A stretch of 63,127 nucleotides of DNA, filler included, from Lenisia limosa (lineage: Eukaryota > Protista > Breviatea), in assembly GCA_001655205.1 (NCBI GenBank). It is 16 parts of 16 records of this genome, joined end to end, with 100 filler letters (N's around TTAATTAATTAA, not from the genome) between each part and the next. Parts side by side here need not be neighbours in the genome. Positions count along the whole stretch, not along the records: positions 1 to 19,667 come from LPNZ01005968.1; positions 19,768 to 23,049 come from LPNZ01009359.1; positions 23,150 to 26,222 come from LPNZ01005213.1; 13 more parts are not named here. One strand, 5' to 3'. Shown here one piece after another: positions 13,101 to 23,451 of this stretch (position 1 is its first letter; every line of letters starts with the position of its first letter). The position numbers and the translations under genes were made by a program. The notes under the pieces were generated by a model. That model saw only the letters and a list, made by a program, of their open reading frames with translations. It made no database searches and was not told where the DNA came from.

Positions 13101-15066
13101 TCGAAAAATGACTGAATTTCTCCAAAAAACCTCGAAAACTATCGATATTTAACCAAAAAATTTCACACCGAAGTGAAGCCCTAATTATTGTGGTCATCGG
13201 GTTACAGATCTAAGGATTGTGGAGCGGGGGGAGGGAAATAAAGGGCCGTGTTTTCCACTGGAAACTTTTGATCAGGGGACATGGTTATCGTAGCACGAGC
13301 AGAGCCTAGACACACCTCTTTTGATGATATGTGCTTTGAGAATGGTCTTGAGTGCATAGTACTGTCCATTGTCCTTCTTGCGCACCATGAAAACCTGAAA
13401 AATAACAAAAAATGAGTACAACAAAAGATTAGGGGAAAACCAGCAGAACAGTGTCGCATGGGATGTACTCAGTGCAAGAAACAAAAAGAATAATTTACCC
13501 TGTCTACTGATCTGGAAAAAAACAAGATCTCAAGCCAACTATAAGAAGGCTTTCTACCCCCCAAAAAAAAGAGACCGCAAGGCTAGTTCATAACAACAAA
13601 CAGACAGATGCAACAATCAGAGAAATCGGTCACCCGCGGGAGTGGTTCAAACCTTTCCAACAGAGCCGCGACCAACAACATGAAGCAAGTCGAAGTCATC
13701 AAGTGTTACCTGTTGGTGGGGTGAAGGAAATTCGATTAAGAACATTGGCGTAAAGGTACAACTAATCATGAAGCGACAATTCTAAAACTTAAACAATAAA
13801 TTAAAGTGAGTACATAGGGGCATAGTAATAACATGAATATGGGGGGGNNNNNNNNNNNNNNNNNNNNNNNNNNNNNNNNNNNNNNNNNNNNNNNNNNNNN
13901 NNNNNNNNNATTGAGCATGCAAGCGTTCTGCATGTATTTTTAGGAGCACTATTAATGTCACCCAAGTCATGTAAGAAGAAAGCAACTCTAGAAATGTCTT
14001 TCAAAGACAATGAAAGGCACATTACCTTTACCCACCTCTTCCTTGGCTACATTAAGGGTCCTACACACGCTGTCGAAATCTAGGAAATAAGAAGAGAAGG
14101 AAGCCAAGTTGAGAATGTTTGAAGAGCGAAGTTGTGCGAGATGACGACCAAGCTGAAAAGCACCGTAACTGTAGTGCGAACTCGATAAAAACGGTTTTTA
14201 AGTCCCCAAACAATCATACCGGTCATTCTTGACAACCAACACCCTCGTTCACACTTACCAGGGGAGAAGTCCTTTTTGGGGGAGGAGTCTACAGGGGGGG
14301 AGAAGGTCGAACTGAACAGTTCGTCTGATTTGATGACCGCAGATTTGCAGCAGTGCTTGAAAAAGGCTATAGAAAGTGACGAAGGGATGGAAGCATAACA
14401 TGAAACATGACCCGGAAAAATAAATGTGAAACAACGCCCAATTAAATGGCCTTTTTTGAAGAAATTACCCACCAGTGAGTGCATCAGTGAAGGATTTGAG
14501 CCAAAGAATGCCAATAGTTTTTCCATCCTGCGGAAGGGGAGGGATTTGGGCAGTAGGATACTTAGCAACAAGCTAAAAAAAATCATTAGATTCACATTCC
14601 ACTTCTAAACACACCTTCTCATACACAGCTCTGATGTCCCTGTTGTGCTTTTTGAGCGTAAAGCAACTGGAAGTTTCTTCATAGCCAAATTCAATCACAA
14701 AACGAATCTAAATCAGGGTGAATCCCAATAAAACAAGAGACATCGGGCTAATATGAAGAATTTGAGACGGAATGCAGCGTTTTTTGGCTGGTTTCAATTT
14801 TATATTACTAAAACATACAGCAGAAGGCTCCAGGGAGAGCCCAGCATCCTTGTCTAGGTCAACTCGCACAAACCTAAGCAAGTAAGCAAATCTATTTGCG
14901 GCAATATATCTTACTTCAGCTTAGAAGGATCCATATTATAACCTTTTAAACAGATTTACAAGTAGTGGTATTAGTTTTCCCGTTCCGAGAACGCCTTTTG
15001 CCTCTCTGCCTGAATAGCTTGCTTTTATAAAAAAAAAAAAGACAAGCTTCACGTTGGTTACCTCAT
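10119..15066 (-). CDS. AGC-family Ser/Thr kinase (Akt/SGK/S6K-like); N-terminal exons uncertain
   Basis: Exons: [131 protein letters not shown]; stop at 10119-10121. Confidence 0.9.
10285..10480. repeat. Degenerate intronic tandem repeat (GCCATTATGGCAGGGCTTATAATAATG-like units)
   Basis: About 4-5 imperfect units in the last AGC kinase intron. Confidence 0.7.
10724..10820. mobile_element. MITE-like family A copy (about 97 bp, TA-flanked) in AGC kinase intron
   Basis: ta|GGGCTgCACTTCaGTTCaAAAA...TTTTCGAACCGAAGTGAAGtCC|ta; long terminal inverted repeats. Confidence 0.8.
12731..12804. mobile_element. Tc1/mariner-like MITE family B copy (about 75 bp)
   Basis: ta|CAGTGACCGGGATAAGTCTTGACCGATTT...AAATCGGTCACTTATCCCGGTCACTa|ta. 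Confidence 0.8.
13086..13181. mobile_element. MITE-like family A copy in AGC kinase intron
   Basis: Same TIRs and TA flanks as 10724-10820. Confidence 0.8.
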
Positions 15067-15173
15067 GTTCTGGAAAAAAAGCCTAAATAGAAATGAACTG
15101 AACTTTCCGACTTCCGTCTTTTTATATTGGCAAATGTGGTTTTCGGTTTGTGAGTGTGTTGGCTAGGTTAGTC

Positions 15174-18100
15174 ATGACAACAGATTCAATGCAAGAGCCC
15201 AAAGCAGTTTCAAAGCAATGGAAGAAGCTCCCTTCGTCCTTCGATAAGCATGAAATTCCTGTCCATGAATGGGTTTCTGGTTCCCCGATTGCATCAATCA
15301 TGTTCATTCATGGGCTAGGTTTGTGAAGGTCTCTTATATTTGTGATAAAATGTGGAGGTAATATGGCTTTATATTCAAAATACTCTGTTCTTGTTGTTGT
15401 ACCCCGAAGCCCTTTCCCATTTCTCATTTGTCATAGTTGAATTGAGGTTATCCTAAATGTCATCCCTTTTAATTACCCCTATAGGAGAGCATGTCATGCG
15501 TTACGATGACTTCTTCAGCCAGCTTGCTGATTGCGGTTTCTCAGGTCGGATGGCTTCTCAGAAGATCAGCTTATTGTGTTCAAAATCCTGCTAAATACTG
15601 GACACTTGGAGGGAGTAAAACATATATCTATATATGATATGTGTTTTCCCATGGGGAGGGGGGGTCGCGCCAGCGACCGAAAAATATACACACAATATAT
15701 TCACAATATATACACCCATAGGGCATGGTGATATTATATACTATATTTAAGATTTTAATTCTGATGTAAATGAGAGTTCACCTGCAGTTTTTAAACTATA
15801 TTCGTGAAATTACTGATTTCCCATCGGTTATGGACAATAATATCGAAAATACTAAGAACAAGTTTGAATATCGATATTATTATTTAAAAAATTGAATGAA
15901 AAAACAAAGATTTGTAAGGAGAACTCATATCATATCACTTTCAGATCATTTTCAGTCGAATTAACATTTCCATGCAGTGATATGATACCTCATATCCACC
16001 CGTTTGATAATTTACCAACAAGTCTCAATGATACTTTGATACAAACGGGATAAACCTTTGGGCTATCTCCGTTCATCATTTTGACTCATAAGTCGGTCAA
16101 ATGAATATCACGTGGATATGGGTCAACATATTCAATCGCTTCAAATGGGCTGTTTTGTTCAGCCACCCGACTCATTGTACAGTGTACGGACCAGACCATC
16201 GAGGTCATGGAACAGCTTGTGAGCCAAAGAAGTTTGGAGTGGCATCATGGCCCGGCGTGGTGAGTGACATCGTCACTGTCGCCAAAGATGTATGTTTCTT
16301 ATTACATGTATACGACTACTATGATGGTATATTCTTAGAATATTGGAGTAATAAATCGGGAGGGAAGGTATGGGAGAGCGGCGATGGAATATCAATTGCT
16401 TACACTCCTTTTCGTAAAAGGAGAGTAAGAAGATTTGATCAATTGGTTGATTATGACATTAAACTGAATTGCTTTCTGATGGTCTTTGTACCTTTATTAT
16501 GGGAATCCAACCCTTTAGCTTCCGGAAGACAAGCCCATTATCTTTTACGGACACTCGATGGGTGGATGTCTTCTCCTTGAGATTATGAGAAAAGTTTGAA
16601 AGGGGTTTGTAATTGAATTGATGTTTCACATCGGTTCTTATGAAATTTTTTCGATTTTCAAATTCAAGAATGTAACTTTGAGGAAGAAATAATCTCCAAA
16701 TGATGACTCACCTCACGCAGAATCTCTTCCCAATGGCCATTTACGGTGCCCTTGTTTCAGCCCCTTTCATTGAAGCCACACACCCCCTTCCAGGATTTAA
16801 AGTAGGCTGACGTAGCTACAGCGAATTGTAAATAAGCTTCGAAATGGGTAAATCAAGAACAGTCTGTAATATTATAACATTTACAGGTTTTTATGGGCAA
16901 AGTCTTGGGGACACTTCTCCCCAATGTTGCAATGGAAAAGTTGGTTTTTCTTTAACCTTGGGTATTTTCATTTTGATCACCGTCGTGGGAGAGAAAAACG
17001 GATATATTGGCATCATATCAAAATAAAAAGAGATCCCCCCCTTCTATTTTTGGTGAAGTTTTTAATGTGTGCCAATTGATTGACTACGCAGCGAGCTAAA
17101 ACCTGAGCAGCTCTCTCGCGATGTCGCAGTTCAGAAGGCTGTTGTTGATGACCCTTTGTGTCACACCAAAGTATGCTAAGAGGCATGCAGAAGGCTATGT
17201 GGACTTCAATTTTAATCAACGAGCTGCTGTTTACGTCTTCGACCATAATTTTAGGAAGAAAAATACAAACAATACACCTTCTGGACAGACATCTATGGTT
17301 TTTTTTAAGAGAAATAATATTCTCGTTTCTGTACGTTATGGACGAAGTTACATGTACTAGTAGTACATATTATGATAAGTTTCCTCTTCGTTTACCCTTC
17401 AGATTTCTCTAGGTTTTGGCAAGGCGTTCCTTGCATCAGCAAACGATACAAAAGTTGGACTGGGTTTTGAGCTGAGTTGTTTCTTTCTTGAATCTCACAA
17501 CTACTCTAATCTTCTTTGGTTTATTCATACTTCCATTGTTTTTTCTTCCTTTGAGCATATCATATTTTATCATATATACGTAGCAAACGCTGGCTATAAG
17601 CCACTCATGATGAGGCATATTAGTTCCTACTGTGTTGTAGAATTATTTTTTTATTGTTGTAATTTTTCTGACTGAGAAGACCTGGAGTCCGTCTGCCTTG
17701 GAATATCCAGTCCACTTCCTCCATGGTTCTAAGGACGAGATCTGCAGTCCCACAGCTTCCAAAGAGGTGTGAATCTGCCAGAGGTGTATATTTAATTTTG
17801 TTCAATGAAATTGCACGAACTATATGGGATGATGACTTTGGTCTCCGCTAGAAAAATTTGGGAAAGATCTGACCATTTAGCTCTTTGACAAGATCCAAAG
17901 TGATAAAACTTACAAGCTATATGAAGAGATGTTCCATGAGTGTCATTTTGACACTGAAAAACAGATGGTATGGGCATCATGGGCAAGTATCTGAATTATT
18001 CCAATTGCGTGACATATATAATGTTTATTGGACAATTTTACTACGATTGATTCACTGAATATGACNNNNNNNNNNNNNNNNNNNNNNNNNNNNNNNNNNN

Positions 18101-18380
18101 NNNNNNNNNNNNNNNNNNNNNNNNNNNNNNNNNNNNNNNNNNNNNNNNNNNNNNNNNAAAGTTTTTGGAAGAGAAGAAGAAGGAAGAAGAAAAGGAGGAA
18201 GATAAGGAAGAGAAGAAGGAAGAGGAAACAATAGAAGAAGAGAAGGAAGAAGAGAAGGAGCAGAAGAAGGAGCAGAAGAAGGAAGAGGAAAAGGTTGAAG
18301 AAGAGAAGATTGAAGAGAAAGTTGAAGAAAAGATTGAAGAAGAGAAGGAAGAAGAAAAGGAGAAAGAGTCAGACAGCTAG
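15174..18380 (+). CDS. Alpha/beta hydrolase, monoglyceride lipase/lysophospholipase-like, with Glu/Lys-rich C-terminal tail
   Basis: FIHGLGEHVMRY, GPDHRGHG, IFYGHSMG (nucleophile), HGSKDEIC (Asp), YEEMFHE (His). The join to the acidic last exon crosses an N gap. Confidence 0.85.
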
Positions 18381-18559
18381 TATTTATTCACCATTTTGCA
18401 TTTTCACTGATATTTAATATTTAGAAACTCTCAATGAATTGTCTAAAATACCATACATAAATACGCCTATAAAGACCCACACAGAGGGAGAAACACCAAA
18501 CCATTGATATCAGAATACACACGATCAATACATACTAACACAAGGTCAGACACCCACTG

Positions 18560-19550
18560 TCGACTGTGTAATCTCAGAGCAGACTGAGAACTGCGGCCTT
18601 GGCTTACCCTGTATTATCAATTCAGGCTCAGGTGAACATACAAGAACATATAGTAGATGTGATAGTACACAACATTTGATCATCATGAGCTTTACCATTA
18701 TACCACCAGATGAATATCGATAGATATTGAAATAGGATATTAATCCCCATTTATTCGGTTCGTAGTAGCTTTACGTCAATATTCATCAAAATTTCCTTCA
18801 TTTTACTCCCCCCCCCCCCCTTCNNNNNNNNNNNNNNNNNNNNNNNNNNNNNNNNNNNNNNNNNNNNNNNNNNNNNNNNNNNNNNNNNNNNNNNNNNNAT
18901 AGACTTGGCAGCGGCAGGGTAGAATTGATCATGGTGTTTGACGAAGGACCATCCATTGACATCAATAACTGCAAAGGACCCGTCCTGAGGGGGGTAAATT
19001 GGAAAATTTATGTCACAAAAACAAAAAAGCTGAAAACACACAAGGGTTGAAAATAACAAAACAAAGCACAGTCCAGTCGCTTCTGCGGCAACGCATCCCA
19101 TCAGTAAAATGAAGGAAATTCATGAAACAACAACACCTGATGAATTTTGGTGTAAAGGTTCTTAACCAAAAATGGACAAAAAAAAAGGGGGGGGGGGAGG
19201 ATTTGGATAAGAATATTGCTGTATCGGTACATCAGAACCGACTCGACAACAATACACACCTTTCGTCTCAGAAGGTCGAGTCCACACACCCATTGGTCAA
19301 AAACGCTCGCGGTTCTCACTGCTGCTTTCATTTCGTCTGAAAGGTCAAATGACGCAATGCCCGTATATTATATCTTTTCAACCAGACTTTTTAAGCAAAG
19401 CCCCAACAAAACACTTAGCAACCCCGTACCAGGCGTGAGTTTGATGGCGCTCCGGATTTCATGGTGGTTCTTGTCCCGCATCACAATGCCGTCAACGGTG
19501 GGGGGTCGCCGGGCCTCCGCATGTACCAGGTTTGGTCCGGCCACGTACAC
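18560..19550 (-). CDS. VIP1: VIP1/PPIP5K-type ATP-grasp inositol pyrophosphate kinase domain (5'-partial at contig end)
   Basis: Spliced: VYVAGPNLVHAEARRPPTVDGIVMRDKNHHEIRSAIKLT..AVRTASVFDQWVCGLDLLRRKDGSFAVIDVNGWSFVK, collinear with the PPIP5K signature VYTVGPDYAHAEARKSP..DG.V.RD..G.E.RY..CGFDLLR..CDVNGFSFVK. Confidence 0.85.
18985..19170 (-). repeat. Acceptor-forming repeat: family D (19170-19103) followed by family C (19102-18985) ending at the AG of a VIP1 intron
   Basis: Minus strand reads ..AATTTCCTTCATTTTACT-GATGGGATGCGTTGCCGCAGAAGCGACTGG...CATAAAATTTTCCAATTTACCCCCCTCAG|exon. Confidence 0.75.
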
Positions 19551-19667
19551 CTGTGGCGTGAGAGGAATATGTAAGTAATGTGCACTATTTGTGTAAACAC
19601 GATAGTTATATAGTACCCTCAGGCCTCCTTAACCGCTTAACCCAGCCCGATTCAACACACATGTCAC

Positions 19668-19768
19668 NNNNNNNNNNNNNNNNNNNNNNNNNNNNNNNNN
19701 NNNNNNNNNNNTTAATTAATTAANNNNNNNNNNNNNNNNNNNNNNNNNNNNNNNNNNNNNNNNNNNNT
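19668..19768. other. Artificial contig spacer N-TTAATTAATTAA-N (first of 15; others at 23094, 26268, 27716, 29987, 35338, 37183, 40576, 49709, 51065, 53925, 56014, 58147, 59618, 61828)
   Basis: Identical 12-mer with stops in all six frames, embedded in N runs; genes are truncated at these points. Confidence 0.97.
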
Positions 19769-19779
19769 TCCTTGGTTTA

Positions 19780-20452
19780 CCCCCCAGATTTGACGACATT
19801 CCGGTGACGTCATCGCCGCCGTCGCAAACGCAGCATAACGACAAGCTCTTCTGGAACGGAACGGAGATCATTGAAAAGGAGGATGCTGAGCTACTTCTGG
19901 ACCATGGGTGGGTGGGTAATAAATATGATAAATTTGTTTTTCTTTGAAGTCATGAAAGGCCTTCAAAAACCACATTGTACAATTAACCTTCAATGTACAC
20001 GAAGCCATATATTAACACCTTCCAACAACTAATTAATTATATATTTTTTTGTTTTTATTGTTTTCTTAAATTAAAAGCCTTCAAAAACCACTTCGTACAC
20101 ACTTTTATTAGTAATACCCTTCAACAACTATTTAATTGTATGATAATAAGAATATTATTTAGTGCAAAAGGATCTTCTCTTTTTGCTGATTGTTGTTTTT
20201 GAATCCATTAACCTCCTATTAATCTGTATAATACTTATTTATTTGCTCCTTTTAAAATGTGATACAAAAAAAAAGTGTTGCTTTTTTTTTGAATCTATCA
20301 ACCGCATTCAGTAACCACAATAAATTATGTTACCTTTTTTGATAAATGTCTTCCATTAACCCCTCCAGCAACGATGCCCAGCTGGAAATGGCCTCGGAAT
20401 TCGACTCGCTTGAAGGCGGCCTCGAAGATGACGTTCCCATTGACATCTCCTA
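19780..20452 (+). CDS. 3' end of an unidentified gene (two candidate exons)
   Basis: AG/GT-bounded open frames FDDIPVTSSPPSQTQHNDKLFWNGTEIIEKEDAELLLDH and NDAQLEMASEFDSLEGGLEDDVPIDIS*; no family recognised. Confidence 0.35.
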
Positions 20453-21474
20453 GTCGTCTATGGTCTTTTATTTAATTCAGATATCATTGGTGAATTGGAT
20501 TGTTTCTGACAAATTGATTCATGATATTTCATGAATGGCATACTATGCATATCCTAGTTTAGTAAATCTCCCCGTCGAAAAGAACTTGTTCTAAACATCT
20601 CCCAGCCTATATTTTGTTTCATGAGATCATGCGGGGGAAGTGAAGGTCACATGGAAAGCTCGGAGATGAGCGCTATTTTTTTTGCTTTTGCAGGCCGGGG
20701 CCCTCACGCCCAACCCTTCCCCTCTTAGATCATAATGATAAACGTAATTTGTGACATCTTATTATTTGGGAATTCTAAATATCTTTGAATAGAAAATTTC
20801 ATTGAGTTCCGTTTTCACACTTCCCAAATCGATGCGACGTAGTGATACGCCTTGTCATTGGTACGTACTGTTGTGTTTTTGTTAATCGTTTATAAATCAC
20901 TTGGAGAACCTTTCTTTGACGCAGGCAGCAACAAACCAAAGAGTTAAATTTAGACAAACTGTGACAAAACAGATACATCTTTGATAATCCGTCGACCATG
21001 ATGCTCCTAAAACGGTCATTGACACTTAATATACTGCAATGAGAAATTAAAACATTAGTTTGTACATATCTGACAGAAGCCGTCCGTACACACCAATCAT
21101 TTGCCTTAGAACTCTGTACACACAGTTTTTGCATGCCTCCCCCTAATAGGTATACCATACGCCACGAATAAACGGTTGTGACCCTGTCCCTCCCTTCAAT
21201 ATCACCGTTCTCTCATCAACCTGCTACTCTTCACCCCCCCCCCCCCCCCCCCNNNNNNNNNNNNNNNNNNNNNNNNNNNNNNNNNNNNNNNNNNNNNNNN
21301 NNNNNNNNNNNNNNNNNNNNNNNNNNNNNNNNNNNNNNNNNNNNNNNNNNNNNNNNNNNNNNCCATGGAATTTTATGGAAATTTGAAGTATTTATGGGAT
21401 TCTCAAATAATATAAGGGAATCCCAAATCGATGCGCGGTAGTAATGTATAATTCTCAGCGACCCCCTCTCCCAC

Positions 21475-21604
21475 CTAGTACACGTTGACGTTCTGGTTGT
21501 AAGCCTCGTATTGTTGATGACTCTGTTTGGTAACGGTCGGCTTGACTCTTCGCACCGCGGACTGGAAGTCGGCTACATTCACTGGTCTGGGGAGAAAAGG
21601 AGTT

Positions 21605-21640
<36 letters not shown>

Positions 21641-22929
21641 NNNNNNNNNNNNNNNNNNNNNNNNNNNNNNNNNNNNNNNNNNNNNNNNNNNNNNNNNNNN
21701 NNNNNNNNNNNNNNNNNNNNNNNNNNNNNNNNNNNNNNNNNNNNNNNNNNNNAAAAAAAGCCCAAAATCAATCTGTTGGCTGTCATTGCGTAATACAAGA
21801 GAATAGGAGTTTACATTGAGGAGTCACCAAAAATCAAGATATCGCAAGGCTTCTCCCAGGCCCAGAAAATGACCGAATGTCTCGATTTCGATAGTTTAGC
21901 TACTGACCGGGATAAAAATCCAGACATCCATGTCAGGACTTATCCCTGGGTTATACACTGTCCACGATAAGTCCTGATATGACAGAAGAAAAAGCCCGAT
22001 AGTCTTATCATGACTTTTATCGTTATTTCGTACCAGAGCGAGGCCTCCTAATATCACCTTGGATTCACTTCAGTAAAAAACCCCAGAATTTGTCGAAAAA
22101 TACTCAAAAACTATTGATATTTTCCTGTTTTCTTCTGTGCAACACAATACCTACCTGATCTGATCGGGTCGTGCTGTAGCCACGCCCGCTCCCAGGGCTC
22201 TGATAGGGGCAATTGCTGCCTCCTTACACACTAGCGTCAAGTCTGCGCAGGAATATGTCTGTGGGGGGGGGGGGAGGAATAAAATTGGAAAATTTATGAA
22301 ACAAAAAAAAAAACCAAATCAAATCTGTTGTTGCCTGACAACACACAAGGGTTGATAACAACAAAACACACAAAGACCAGGTCAATCGCTTCTGCGGCAC
22401 AGCATCCCATCGGGGAGGGGGAAGGATGATGACATAGGTTCTTAAGGAAGTTCAGACACCCACGTTTGTCAGTTTAGCGACCTTGGTGATATCGGACGAC
22501 GGGAGTTGAATACCACTGTATTGTAAAAATGGCAAAGTTGATGAAACAAGTAAAAAAAAAGAAGTCCATATTCAAATCTGTTGGCAAGCAAAACACGAAG
22601 GTTGAAAGTGGAACGAAGGAAATTTCAATGGAGAATATTGGTGATCACGAACCAAGAACTACATCAATCAAATCAATTAATCAAAAAAAGACAAATATTA
22701 CCCTGTGGGTGAAAATGGAAAATTTATGAAACAAAACAAAAAAACACCCACAGCATCAAGTAGAAATCAAACCCCCAAAATCAACTCGTTAACTCATATA
22801 CATCACTTGTATTTTCGAACCGAAGTGAAGCCCTTGAGACAAGAATGTAAAGTCAACCCCATACTTCTTCCGCATTGTCTTTTCAACAAGGTGGAATCGA
22901 GCCTCTTCATCAGGGAGAGGAATGTAAAC
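21475..22929 (-). CDS. AAA+ ATPase C-terminus, spastin/fidgetin/katanin clade (5'-partial)
   Basis: VYIPLPDEEARFHLV / KVAKLTNTYSCADLTLVCKEAAIAPIR / PVNVADFQSAVRRVKPTV..YEAYN..*. Confidence 0.85.
22259..22411 (-). repeat. Full-length family C copy ending at the AG of an AAA ATPase intron
   Basis: GATGGGATGCTGTGCCGCAGAAGCGATTG...GTTGTTATCAACCCTTGTGTGTTGTCAGGCAAC...TTTCATAAATTTTCCAATTTTATTCCTCCCCCCCCCCCACAG|exon. Confidence 0.8.
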
Positions 22930-23285
22930 CTGTATCTCAGTAAGAAGCTTGTCATCATCTTGCTCCAAATAAAGCAGTCAAATAACAACAACAACAACTG
23001 CAGCACCGTCCTCTCTCAATAAAACATTCAAAAAAAAAAAAAAAAAAAANNNNNNNNNNNNNNNNNNNNNNNNNNNNNNNNNNNNNNNNNNNNTTAATTA
23101 ATTAANNNNNNNNNNNNNNNNNNNNNNNNNNNNNNNNNNNNNNNNNNNNGGGGGGGGGTAGAAATACTCTTCATGGGGTGTGATGGGTAAGATAAGAAGG
23201 TAGAATTGCGGACATAGTGCTGAAGGTGTCAGAACTTACCTTGCCCTGTTGATTTAATAAATTTTCCATTTTTGTACGCTGGAGT

Positions 23286-23451
23286 AATGGGATGCGGTGC
23301 TTCAGAAGCGACTGGCCTCGGCTTTTGTTTATTTTGTTGTTCTCAACCCTCGTGTTGCCAGCCAATAGAATTGATTTGGGCTTTTTTTTTTCTCATAAAG
23401 TCTTCATTTTATCTCTCCACCCCAAAGAGATATTCTCACCCCCCCCCCCAG
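23286..23451 (+). repeat. Family C copy at acceptor in SK-like gene
   Basis: ATGGGATGCGGTGCTTCAGAAGCGACTGG...CAACCCTCGTGTTGCCAGCCAATAGAATTGATTTGGGC...CCCCCCCCCCCAG|. Confidence 0.75.

Noticed and set aside
19216-19578. Plus-strand 120-aa ORF and an open plus frame at 19418-19570
   Set aside because: The minus strand carries the PPIP5K signature in three spliced exons, so the plus frames are antisense shadows.
19712-19723. TTAATTAATTAA repeated 15 times through the window
   Set aside because: Always embedded in N runs and has stops in all six frames: an artificial contig spacer, not biology. Neighbourhood inferences across it were discarded.
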